Positions 8,698-17,233 of a stretch of DNA of 43,752 bases are shown here, piece by piece. Position 1 is the stretch's first letter; each line of letters begins with the position of its first letter. Origin of the DNA: a virus. Lineage: Duplodnaviria; Caudoviricetes. Location: positions 1-43,752 of the IMG/VR virus record IMGVR_UViG_3300009610_000047, one strand, 5' to 3'. Under the pieces are notes generated by a model that was not told where the DNA came from, did not search any database, and worked only from the letters and a program-made list of their open reading frames with translations. The position numbers and the translations under genes were made by a program.

Positions 8698-9954
8698 ATG
8701 TCGGCTGTTGCAGGTCTCCGCGGAACAGGAGATTGGGGTGTAGATGAGCGCCCGAAGGATTTCCGCGAGAGCATTTTGTTCTTCTCTCCAAACGGCAATT
8801 CGCCGCTGTTTGCTCTCACGAGCAAGGCGGGGAAAAAGACGGTCAAGGACCCAGAGTTCTCATGGTGGGCAGAGTCACAAACTCATGTTCGACTCACCAC
8901 GTCAACGGCGGGCACCTCGACCAACACGACGGTCACCATCATCGGTCTCGATCCGACCGCGACGACCATGAGCAGTCTCTATCAAACGGCGACCCACCTC
9001 AAGGGGGGTGACATCCTCCTTGTGGAGCCCGGCACCGATACGTCGACGTGGGCGCCGGAAATGATGGAGGTTGTTTCGGTTCAAAGCGATACGTCCTTCA
9101 CCGTGAATCGTGGTGCTGCGGGCTCTTCTGCGGCGGCCTACTCGGCCACGGCTGCGTTCACTCTGATCGGGTCGGCATACGCTGAAGGAACGGCGGCCCC
9201 GCGGGCCGTTTCGAGGAATCCGGTCAAGTTCTCGAACTTCACACAGATCTTCAAGAACACTTACGAACTGACTGGAACTGCCAATGAAACGGAAGTCCGG
9301 ACGGGCAGTCCGTGGTCGAATGACAAGAAACGCAAGATGTTCGACCATGCGAAGTCGATTGAGCTTTCGATGCTCTTCGGCGTCAAGAGTGAAGTCACCG
9401 ACGCGGTCAACGGCAAGCCGAAGCGGACGATGGGCGGTCTTCGGACGTTCATCCCGGCGAGCCAACAGACGATCCTGACGACCTCTTTGGGCGGACAGGG
9501 CTCAGCGGCGGCGGTCACCCTAATGGAAGCGTTCGCTCCAGCGTTCGACTTCGACATGGGCGGCGGCGACTCAAGGATTGCCTTCATTGGCAATTTCGCC
9601 CGAACTGCGATCGGCCAGGCCATTCAGGCCGTGAATGGTGCTCATATTTCCTTTGGGAATACGGTGAAGATCTATGGGATCGACTTCCAAGAGCTGATCC
9701 TCCCGATGGGAAGAATCCTTCTGAAGAGCCATCCCTTGCTCTCAGTCCATCCGGTCTACAAAAAGTCGACGTTCGTCTGTGATTTCTCGGCGATCAAGTA
9801 CGTCGCCCTGAGGAATCGAGATACGTCGAACAAGGACGATGTGCAGACGAAGGACGAGGACGTTCGGCGTGGGTTCGTCCAGAGCGAATGCTCGGTCATG
9901 GTTGACGGTGGAGGTCTCTCTTGCGCCTACATCGGCAACATCAGCTTCACCTAA
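8698..9954 (+). CDS. Major capsid protein (SU10/DUF5309-like)
   Basis: Motifs GSAYAEGT, NFTQIFK, ELTGTA, IELSMLFG and RTMGGL; 418 aa after the scaffold gene. Confidence 0.9.
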   Translation: MSAVAGLRGTGDWGVDERPKDFRESILFFSPNGNSPLFALTSKAGKKTVKDPEFSWWAESQTHVRLTTSTAGTSTNTTVTIIGLDPTATTMSSLYQTATHLKGGDILLVEPGTDTSTWAPEMMEVVSVQSDTSFTVNRGAAGSSAAAYSATAAFTLIGSAYAEGTAAPRAVSRNPVKFSNFTQIFKNTYELTGTANETEVRTGSPWSNDKKRKMFDHAKSIELSMLFGVKSEVTDAVNGKPKRTMGGLRTFIPASQQTILTTSLGGQGSAAAVTLMEAFAPAFDFDMGGGDSRIAFIGNFARTAIGQAIQAVNGAHISFGNTVKIYGIDFQELILPMGRILLKSHPLLSVHPVYKKSTFVCDFSAIKYVALRNRDTSNKDDVQTKDEDVRRGFVQSECSVMVDGGGLSCAYIGNISFT

Positions 9955-9958
9955 CGGG

Positions 9959-9977
9959 AAAAGCGCGAAGCGCTTTT
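9959..9977 (+). terminator. Hairpin AAAAGCGC-GAA-GCGCTTTT after the capsid gene
   Basis: Perfect 8-bp dyad 4 nt after the capsid TAA; may act as a weak terminator or attenuator. Confidence 0.55.
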
Positions 9978-9987
9978 GGAGCGGAAA

Positions 9988-10200
9988 ATGCGTCAACGTC
10001 TCGATGATCCTGTGTTTCAGTTCTCGAACTCGACCATCGGTGGAAACTCCGTGGCTACGGTTCTCTCAAACACAGCGATGACACAGAACTCTGCGACTGG
10101 ATGGATGATAACCAACAGTGCGGGCTATGCTCAATTGATCGTCACGGTCAATAAGCTGGCTTCACAGTTGTCCCTGATGGGCGCCATTCGGTCGGTTTGA
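9988..10200 (+). CDS. Small putative capsid decoration protein
   Basis: GGAG RBS at 9978-9981; Ser/Thr/Asn-rich 70 aa with a C-terminal helix (LIVTVNKLASQLSLMG), resembling head fibre/decoration proteins. Confidence 0.65.
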   Translation: MRQRLDDPVFQFSNSTIGGNSVATVLSNTAMTQNSATGWMITNSAGYAQLIVTVNKLASQLSLMGAIRSV

Positions 10201-10215
10201 GCGAGAAGGTGTGCG

Positions 10216-10248
10216 AGGGGGAGAGGAGGAAGCTTCTCTCCCCTTTTT
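10216..10248 (+). terminator. Rho-independent terminator
   Basis: GGGGAGAGGAG-GAAG-CTTCTCTCCCC followed by TTTTT. Confidence 0.85.
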
Positions 10249-10267
10249 CAGGAAAAGGAAAACCCTC

Positions 10268-11086
10268 ATGGCCTACAAGAGAGTGATGCTCGGAATTCCC
10301 TGCTATGATGAGCGGGTGATGAGTGATACGATGTGTTCGCTTCAGCAGAGTACGAGTGAGCTAACGGCTCTAGGAATCGAAACGCATACTCAAGTCGTTA
10401 ATGGTGATTGTTTCGTTGATCGGGCGAGGAATACGCTTCTCGCCGTTTTTATGCAAACGGAGTGCACCGACCTCATCATGATCGACAATGATATGGGTTG
10501 GGAAAGCGGCTCTGTTCCCCGCATCCTCCAGCATCCTGTGGATCTCGTCGCGGGCCTGTATCCCGCGCGGAAGGACCAGACGACCTACATGTTGAGATGG
10601 CAGAGTATAGGGAAGAGCGCCCGCCCCGATAAGCGTACTGGGCTTCTTGAAGTCGACGCAGCACCTACTGGCTTTATGCGGATCTCGAGAAAGTGTGCGG
10701 AGACCGTCCTCGAGGCCTTGAAGGATGACTGGTACGAAGATGAAACGGGGCAGATTCCGGGAGGGAAGGCGTGGCCCGCCTTCGTCGAGGGGCCGAGGGA
10801 TCACAAATGGTGGGGAGAGGATTTCAACTTCTGCCATCTTTGGAATAGACTTGGCGGGAAGTGCTGGATCGACCCTTGGCTCTCCTTCAAGCATATTGGG
10901 CTGAAGAGGTGGGAAGGCTGCTTCGGGACGCACAAGCAGCGTGAGAGGATCGAAATCATGGAAAAGTATCGCACAAACCCCGAGGCGTTGAGCGAAGAGC
11001 TTCGGGCGCTTTGTGCGAAAGAGCCGGAACAACATCAACTTCCCCTTCAACCGGCGGAGCCGGTTCCACTTCAAGCAGCGGAATGA
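10268..11086 (+). CDS. Glycosyltransferase (GT-A fold, GT2-like)
   Basis: Motifs VMLGIPCY, VDRARN, DxD (MIDNDM), TGFMRISR, WGEDFNFC and WIDP...KHIG. Confidence 0.88.
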   Translation: MAYKRVMLGIPCYDERVMSDTMCSLQQSTSELTALGIETHTQVVNGDCFVDRARNTLLAVFMQTECTDLIMIDNDMGWESGSVPRILQHPVDLVAGLYPARKDQTTYMLRWQSIGKSARPDKRTGLLEVDAAPTGFMRISRKCAETVLEALKDDWYEDETGQIPGGKAWPAFVEGPRDHKWWGEDFNFCHLWNRLGGKCWIDPWLSFKHIGLKRWEGCFGTHKQRERIEIMEKYRTNPEALSEELRALCAKEPEQHQLPLQPAEPVPLQAAE

Positions 11087-12015
11087 CCCTCATGCAACCG
11101 AATTTAGTCTATTGTTGTCCGACGCGAGGTAAGCCGAAGTTGGTCGACAAGTATCTTCCGACCACAATGGCGAAGTCGCGATTGCCCGATACGCTTTTCC
11201 TCCTCGGGATTGATGAGGATGAGAAGGACCTCTATGAAAAGGAGTGCAAGCTCCTAAGGGAAAAAAACGAGCGCCTCAAGGTTGTGATTCAGCCCAGACC
11301 AGACTCTTTGGGGGAGAAGTACAATCTTCTCGCAAAGAGTGAGCCCGAGGCGGCGGCCTACATAATGGGGGTGGATGATAGAGCGATTCAAAGTATTGCG
11401 TGGGATCTCCATGTGAATGATTTGACGGCGATGTACGAAGACGGACTGGGGATTGTCCATTTCGGTCGTCAATGGGGGGAGCCGACACTTCCGGCATTTT
11501 CGCTCGTCACTCAACCTCTTTGCAAAGCTATGGGATACTTCATGCCTCCGTTCTTCCCCTATTGGTGGCACGACTCCTGGACGGTGGAGATGAGTGAGTT
11601 CCTCGGCCGGAAGCTCTATTTGGATATTGAGGTCGAATATCCGAAGTCTCTTGCGGAGGATCATCCGACCCCGCGCCGCGACATGCAGTTTTGGCAGCTC
11701 TTCTACGACTACACGAGACCGTTGCGAATCGAACAGGCGAAGAAAATCCTTCTTGCGAGCGATACTCCGCCTTGGCGGAAGTATGAGTTGATGGCCTCCT
11801 GGACCGCTTTGATCCAGACCTTTGAGGAGAGGGGCCGCCAACTCCGTGACCCGATGTGGGTCGAACGCTTTATGAATGGACTCCCCACGAGGCGAAGTGA
11901 ACCCGATGATGAGCGCCATCAGAGGTTGAGGCAAAGAGCAGAAGAGCTAATGCAGGCGAATCAAGGGCGGGAGATCGACATCAACCCGCCGGGGATGAGG
12001 GAAGCGGCGGAATGA
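11083..12015 (+). CDS. Glycosyltransferase (GT-A fold)
   Basis: Motifs CPTRGKP, LGIDEDE, SLGEKYNLLA, MGVDD and FPYWWHDSW; ATGA overlap with the first glycosyltransferase. Confidence 0.8.
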   Translation: MTLMQPNLVYCCPTRGKPKLVDKYLPTTMAKSRLPDTLFLLGIDEDEKDLYEKECKLLREKNERLKVVIQPRPDSLGEKYNLLAKSEPEAAAYIMGVDDRAIQSIAWDLHVNDLTAMYEDGLGIVHFGRQWGEPTLPAFSLVTQPLCKAMGYFMPPFFPYWWHDSWTVEMSEFLGRKLYLDIEVEYPKSLAEDHPTPRRDMQFWQLFYDYTRPLRIEQAKKILLASDTPPWRKYELMASWTALIQTFEERGRQLRDPMWVERFMNGLPTRRSEPDDERHQRLRQRAEELMQANQGREIDINPPGMREAAE

Positions 12016-12050
12016 AGGGGGCTGTTCGTTGGGATCGAATGGCCCTTTTT
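12015..12050 (+). terminator. Rho-independent terminator after the glycosyltransferase pair
   Basis: AAGGGGGCTGTTCG-loop-CGAATGGCCCTTTT, ending in a T run. Confidence 0.75.
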
Positions 12051-12064
12051 GAAAGGAGCTAAAA

Positions 12065-12775
12065 GTGCCTCCTGTACTCGGAATGACTGGAGCGGAAGCG
12101 GTAGCTGAAGTCCAGCAAGGGCTCGGCTGGCGAAGTGATCGGGCGACTGAAATCCTTCGGGCGCTGAATTGGGCGCAGGATCTTCGAGAGTTGGGGGCGG
12201 GGACTCTTCCTTGGTTCTTGACCGAATACGATCATGTGGTGACGGTCACTTCGGCGACGGTCCTCTATGCACTTCCGGACTCCTTTCTTCAAGAGACGGA
12301 AGAGAGAGATGGCAACTTGAGGTATCAAGCGTCGTCCTCTTCCCGGACGTGGTTCCTGAAGAAAATGGACGAAATGTCTGCTAATCGTTACTTCTATGGG
12401 GATTGGCAGAACAACTTCGACCTAGACACAACGCAGGCGACGCAGAGTTTGGCGTCGGGTATTCCGCGGGCATACGTGCTTCGAGAAACTTCGATCAAGG
12501 TTTTTCCGATGCCCGATGCGGAGTATAATTTGCTTTGGAACTTCTTCAAGGCGGATGAAGATATTGTGAATGCGGCGGTTACGAATAAGTGGCTCACCAA
12601 CTGTCCTTGGCTCATCGTAGGAGGCGCTGGGGCAAAACTCGCTTCGGACATCCTCAATGCGGCGGCGGTGAAGACCTTCGCTTCTTTGCGAATGGAGGGG
12701 GAAGCTGCTCTTCTGAAGAAGCAGGTGCAGAGAGAAATTGCAGCTCGTCCCCTCAGTATGGGATCAAGGAACTAA
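12065..12775 (+). CDS. Head-to-tail adaptor protein
   Basis: GTG start with AAAGGAG RBS. Motifs LNWAQ, YALPDSF, GIPRAY, IKVFPMPDAEY and NKWLT..PWLIV are typical of podovirus adaptors. Confidence 0.75.
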   Translation: MPPVLGMTGAEAVAEVQQGLGWRSDRATEILRALNWAQDLRELGAGTLPWFLTEYDHVVTVTSATVLYALPDSFLQETEERDGNLRYQASSSSRTWFLKKMDEMSANRYFYGDWQNNFDLDTTQATQSLASGIPRAYVLRETSIKVFPMPDAEYNLLWNFFKADEDIVNAAVTNKWLTNCPWLIVGGAGAKLASDILNAAAVKTFASLRMEGEAALLKKQVQREIAARPLSMGSRN

Positions 12776-12791
12776 AGAAAGGGAGAGAAAA

Positions 12792-13895
12792 ATGGGTCTC
12801 GAATCCCCCACCTATGTTGCGGATTTGGTTAATACGAATCCGCTTCTGGGCGATTTCGTCTCCCAAGGGGACGATCATCTTCGCAACATTAAGCTGGCTT
12901 TGCAGAATACCTTCCCCGGAGCAAATCGGGCCTTTCCGATTTCGACCTCTATAACGAAAGCTGCAAGCTACTCTGTTTTGGACACGGATCAGAACAAAAC
13001 AATCTACGTCGCTCCAAGTGCTGCGGCTGTTACTCTCACGCTTCCCACGCTGACGGCGGCCGACTACGGTTGGACCGCGACGATCATAAAAGCGGTGGGT
13101 GTTGGAGAGGCGTTTCCGCTCTTCCTTGTTCCCCCGTCGGGGAATCTTGTCTCGGGGAATCTCTCCATTGCGAAAGCGCGGAGAAGCCTTCCGGGGATTC
13201 CGTTCCGCGTCACCTGGATGGAAGGCTTGTGGCTCGTAGAGCGGTGTGTTCATGCCCCGGTCGGTTCCGTCATGCCGTTTTGGGGAACAGTCCTTCCTCC
13301 GGGGTATGAGTGGCCGAATTCGCAAACCCTTTCCTCGGCAGCGGCGAATTATCCGGAGTACAATTCAATCATTGGAAGCGGACTCACCCCGGATTTGAGA
13401 CAGAGAACCGTGTTCGGAACCGATCTCGCGGGGAGCGCCTCGGCTCGAATAACCGCTGCGGAGTCGGGGGTTGATGGAACTGTTCTTGGGGCCGCGGGCG
13501 GAGTTCAGTCCCTTGTGTTGGCTGTTTCGGATCTTCCAGCGCATCATCACAACATCACGTCGATTGGTGTTGGTGGCGCTTCTGCGGGTCATACGCATTC
13601 TTTGTCTACAGGAACGGCTGACGCTGGCGGCGCTCATAGTCACACAACGACGGCAGTTCCGGGACAACAAGGAGGTGCTACTGGTGGAGGCGGGGCGACC
13701 GATGCCCAGGCGGCGGCGGCCCTTACATCGAGCTCTGATGGAAGCCACTCACATGCTCTTAGTGGAAGCACGGGTGGAGCCTCGGCGGACCATAATCACG
13801 CCCTTACGGGAACGGTTGATGATGAAGGCGGAGGGGGAACGCACAACAACCTTCCGCCGGCGCTCATTATGAATTACATTCTTGTAGTCGAATAA
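12792..13895 (+). CDS. Short tail fibre with tail-collar domain
   Basis: N-terminal GDDHLRNIKLAL anchor; collar motif PVGSVMPFWG..LPPGY...PDLR; His-x-His repeats (HHH, HTH, HSH, HNH) and HNNLPP end, as in T4 gp12-type tips. Confidence 0.85.
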   Translation: MGLESPTYVADLVNTNPLLGDFVSQGDDHLRNIKLALQNTFPGANRAFPISTSITKAASYSVLDTDQNKTIYVAPSAAAVTLTLPTLTAADYGWTATIIKAVGVGEAFPLFLVPPSGNLVSGNLSIAKARRSLPGIPFRVTWMEGLWLVERCVHAPVGSVMPFWGTVLPPGYEWPNSQTLSSAAANYPEYNSIIGSGLTPDLRQRTVFGTDLAGSASARITAAESGVDGTVLGAAGGVQSLVLAVSDLPAHHHNITSIGVGGASAGHTHSLSTGTADAGGAHSHTTTAVPGQQGGATGGGGATDAQAAAALTSSSDGSHSHALSGSTGGASADHNHALTGTVDDEGGGGTHNNLPPALIMNYILVVE

Positions 13896-13906
13896 AGGAG
13901 AGGGGG

Positions 13907-14029
13907 ATGTCTTACGTCTTGGGGTTGATCTTTCTCTTCTGCGCGACGTATATGATTCTCTCCGCCTTTGAGCTTATGGCACATGGCGGTGGAGACCCGA
14001 ATCATAAGGATCACAATCCTCTACCATAA
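13907..14029 (+). CDS. Small membrane peptide (40 aa; not in the ORF track)
   Basis: AAGGAG RBS; MSYVLGLIFLFCATYMILSAFELMAHGGGDPNHKDHNPLP with one hydrophobic helix; fills the intergenic gap. Confidence 0.6.
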   Translation: MSYVLGLIFLFCATYMILSAFELMAHGGGDPNHKDHNPLP

Positions 14030-14040
14030 AGGAGGCTCAA

Positions 14041-14244
14041 ATGCCGAAGGCATACGAGGGAATGAGAGATAAGTTCGCAGAGGAGGGAATGTCCTATGAC
14101 TCTGCGCAAGGCAAGGCGGCCGCGATCTATAACTCAGCTAATCCGGAGGCGCCAGTCACGGGAAAGAGCGAGAGCCGCCCGAAGGGCGGGAAAAGAGGAG
14201 GCAAAAAGGGCCTTCAAGCTCTGGTTGCGAAGTCTAGAAAATGA
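14041..14244 (+). CDS. Small basic hypothetical protein
   Basis: Strong AGGAGG RBS; Lys-rich C-terminus. Confidence 0.75.
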   Translation: MPKAYEGMRDKFAEEGMSYDSAQGKAAAIYNSANPEAPVTGKSESRPKGGKRGGKKGLQALVAKSRK

Positions 14245-14263
14245 CACAGAATAGGAGATAAAG

Positions 14264-14680
14264 ATGTTTGATCTTGGAATGGTAGTGACGCTGCTCCCCC
14301 TCGTCCTTGATGCGGTGGAGTTGATACCGAAGATTCGTGATGCGCTTCAATCGGAGAAACCAATCGTGGCCGTTATCACAGGGCTTGCGCCGGAGTTGTT
14401 CGATTTCTTCAAAAAGGTCGGGGCGCAGGTGTTTCCTGAGCTTCAGGAGGAAGTCCAGGCTGAGGTTGGGGCCACGATGTTCGACACGGAGAGTGTCAAG
14501 TGGGTTCAAGGGGACCTCAATAAGAGAGGCGCAGCGCCTCAGCTCACTGTGGATGGCGTCCTCGGCCCGATGACCAAGGCGGCGGTCAAGATCTTCCAAG
14601 GACGTCATGCGGAGTTGGTGGTCGATGGGTGGCCAGGACCGAAGACGATCGCCAAGATGAAGGCTGACACCCATCCTTGA
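14264..14680 (+). CDS. Peptidoglycan-binding domain protein (PG_binding_1-like) without a catalytic domain
   Basis: VKWVQGDLN...LTVDGVLGPMTKAAVKIFQ...LVVDGWPGPKT; amphipathic N-terminus. Confidence 0.85.
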   Translation: MFDLGMVVTLLPLVLDAVELIPKIRDALQSEKPIVAVITGLAPELFDFFKKVGAQVFPELQEEVQAEVGATMFDTESVKWVQGDLNKRGAAPQLTVDGVLGPMTKAAVKIFQGRHAELVVDGWPGPKTIAKMKADTHP

Positions 14681-14687
14681 GGCGAAA

Positions 14688-15128
14688 ATGGAAGACGTAC
14701 TGATGTCCGATGCGGTCTGGATAGCGTTGATTGCTGTCTTCTCCGTCTTTGTCACGGGAACGATTTCCCCCATGCTGACGGCGTGGTGGATGAAGCACCT
14801 CGCACGGACGGAGAGGGAAGAAGATCAGGCGGAAAAGAGGCTCGTCGCCACGAAGGTGGAGGAAACGGCGAGCCTTCTGGTGCAAACTTCGTCTGAGATA
14901 ACGGCCCAGTTGAGCGATCTCAAAAAGACTGGAAATGAAACGCATCACTTGGTCAACTCTCAGCTGACGGAGGTCAAAGAGGCTTTGAGGAGTGCGCTAT
15001 TCGCCCTTCTCGAACCCCGTGACGCGGCGTCGATCAAGGCGGCGAAGAAGCAGATCGCTGACCTCAATCTCGATCTTGCGGAACGGAAAGCGCAGGAGAG
15101 ACTTGTGGATAAAGGAAAATCGGAGTAA
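14688..15128 (+). CDS. Membrane-anchored coiled-coil protein (holin/spanin-like)
   Basis: N-terminal TM helix (AVWIALIAVFSVFVTGTI) followed by a coiled coil; lies in a lysis-like cluster. Confidence 0.6.
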   Translation: MEDVLMSDAVWIALIAVFSVFVTGTISPMLTAWWMKHLARTEREEDQAEKRLVATKVEETASLLVQTSSEITAQLSDLKKTGNETHHLVNSQLTEVKEALRSALFALLEPRDAASIKAAKKQIADLNLDLAERKAQERLVDKGKSE

Positions 15129-15134
15129 AGAGTC

Positions 15135-15368
15135 ATGACGAAGAGGAAAAAGCGGAAAGCGAAAAAAGTTCGTTGGGAGAGGAAGCCGGCGAAGCCCCTC
15201 CCGCCAAAGGTGGTGAAGGTCGTCCTTCCTCCAACGGGGGTCGTGCGACTCGTGGCGCCACGGGGGATTCTTCCGGTAGTAACGCCCCTTTCCCCGAGAG
15301 TGATCGAGGTTGTCCCCGTCCCGGCGAAGAAAAAGGGGTGGTGGCACACTCTGTTCCATGAGGTCTAA
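15135..15368 (+). CDS. Small basic hypothetical protein
   Basis: GGAG RBS; Lys/Arg/Pro/Val-rich; fills the gap. Confidence 0.55.
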   Translation: MTKRKKRKAKKVRWERKPAKPLPPKVVKVVLPPTGVVRLVAPRGILPVVTPLSPRVIEVVPVPAKKKGWWHTLFHEV

Positions 15369-15379
15369 AGGAGGGAAAA

Positions 15380-15652
15380 ATGTGCTTCTCTCTCGCTTGG
15401 CTAGTCTCGCTCGCCATTTGGATCACAATCGCAATCGCGTGCTATGTGATTTTGATTCGGATTCTCTTGCCCTATCTTTTGCGAAAGTGGGGCGCCGGAG
15501 GCGAGGTTGCGGAAGGTGTGGGAATCGTCCTTCAGTGTTTGAGGGTGGTCTTCTGGGCCATCGTCATCATTATTGTGATCTATATCGTGGCGGCTCTTCT
15601 GGGATGCCTCTGGTCCTTCGCCGGGGGAATGCCGAAGATCTTTCCGAGGTAA
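15380..15652 (+). CDS. Two-TM membrane protein (holin candidate)
   Basis: AAGGAGG RBS; two long hydrophobic helices. Confidence 0.7.
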   Translation: MCFSLAWLVSLAIWITIAIACYVILIRILLPYLLRKWGAGGEVAEGVGIVLQCLRVVFWAIVIIIVIYIVAALLGCLWSFAGGMPKIFPR

Positions 15653-15658
15653 TGGCTC

Positions 15659-17233
15659 ATGCCTTCGATTGACATCAATGATATGGGGTCAATTGGTCTG
15701 GTTCGAGACCAACCCCCGCATCAGCTTCAACCGGAGGCATGGGACTTCATTCTGAATGCAAGGATTCTCGACGCGAGCTTACAAAGGCTCCGCGGAAAGC
15801 AGAGAATCCTAATCGGAAGCCCGGCTGGTCCTCCCGCCGCGCCTCTTTTTGCGCTCCATATTTCCTCTTCGAGTTCCATCTTCTGGCTCGTCTACACGGC
15901 GACTGGAGTGGTCTATGCCTTCAATGGGGCGACGTGGACTTCACTCGGAACGCTTGCGACGGTTGAGCCCGAAGCCATCAATGCGACGATTCTGGGCGGC
16001 GTTCCGATTATCAATAATGGCTCGGGGATTCCCCAGTTTTGGGGCCTTCCGTATAGTGTTGTAACCCCTCTTGCAGCTTTGACCAATTGGCCCGCGACTC
16101 TTCGAGCGAAGATTATTCGAGCCTTCGGCCCATATTTGATTGCGATGAATACGACCGACACCGGGACGGGGGTCAATACTCCGCACAGAATTCGGTGGTC
16201 CCATCCGGCTGATCCAGGCGCTCTTCCGATCTCTTGGGACATAACTGATCCGACCAAAGATGCGGGGCAGATTGAGTTGCCCGACGTCGAGTCGGGGATC
16301 ATACTGGATGGATTGGGCCTTCAGGGGAGGTTCTATGTCTATAAACAGAATGCGGTTTGGAGAATGAGACCGGTCAAGGGACGGTTCATTTTTGACCAGG
16401 AGGTCTTCCTGGAAACGATTGGAATCCTCTCCACGAGGTGTGTCGACCTAACCGCGGATGGAATGGGGCACGTCTTTGCGGGCCAGGACAACATCTGGAT
16501 GCATGATGGGAATAAGGCTATTCCCCTCCTTGATGCGAAGATGAAGAGGAGCCTCTTCGCCTCAATTGATCCCGCGGCGCCGCACAAAAGCTTTCTGTTC
16601 ACGAATCCGGGGCAGGACGAAACTTGGTTCTGTTATGCGGAGACGGGAAGTACGATTGCGAATAAGGCGCTCATTATTAAGCAGAAGTCTCCCTTCCAGT
16701 GTGTCACGGCGGATATTGATTTTGTTCATGCGGCGAAGGGAGTGGCCGAGATAACCGATACGGCGACCTGGGACGTCGCGACCTACGGATGGGACTCTAC
16801 AGCAAACGTGTGGGGGACAACTTCTGGAGGTCGGAGAATTGTTGTTTCGAATCGGGCTGCGACAAAAATGCAGTTGCTCGACGCGGGTTCGGATAATGAT
16901 GGGACTGCAATAACGGCGACCGTGCAGAGGACAGGACTTTCCGTCGTTGGACGGAAGCGGAATGGGGAGTGGATTGTTGACTTTCAACAACGAAAGCTCT
17001 TGACCCGCGTTTGGCCGAAGGTGACGGGGGGAACAGTGATGGTTCGGGCGGGGAGCGCACAGACTCCTGAAGGGGCGGTGACTTGGCAACCTTCGCAGAG
17101 CTTTGATCCAACGACGCAGAGGTATGTTGACTTCATCACCGAAGGGCCGAGTTTGGCGATTGAGTTCAGTGGAACGTCCCTCTGGAAGCTTGATGGTTAC
17201 AAGATTGATCTGGAGCTAACTGGTAACTTCTAA
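15659..17233 (+). CDS. Tail nozzle / DNA-stabilisation protein (P22 gp10-like)
   Basis: 524-aa beta-rich protein with IRWSHPADP, W..TDPTKDAG and ETWFCY; position in the tail module. Confidence 0.8.
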   Translation: MPSIDINDMGSIGLVRDQPPHQLQPEAWDFILNARILDASLQRLRGKQRILIGSPAGPPAAPLFALHISSSSSIFWLVYTATGVVYAFNGATWTSLGTLATVEPEAINATILGGVPIINNGSGIPQFWGLPYSVVTPLAALTNWPATLRAKIIRAFGPYLIAMNTTDTGTGVNTPHRIRWSHPADPGALPISWDITDPTKDAGQIELPDVESGIILDGLGLQGRFYVYKQNAVWRMRPVKGRFIFDQEVFLETIGILSTRCVDLTADGMGHVFAGQDNIWMHDGNKAIPLLDAKMKRSLFASIDPAAPHKSFLFTNPGQDETWFCYAETGSTIANKALIIKQKSPFQCVTADIDFVHAAKGVAEITDTATWDVATYGWDSTANVWGTTSGGRRIVVSNRAATKMQLLDAGSDNDGTAITATVQRTGLSVVGRKRNGEWIVDFQQRKLLTRVWPKVTGGTVMVRAGSAQTPEGAVTWQPSQSFDPTTQRYVDFITEGPSLAIEFSGTSLWKLDGYKIDLELTGNF

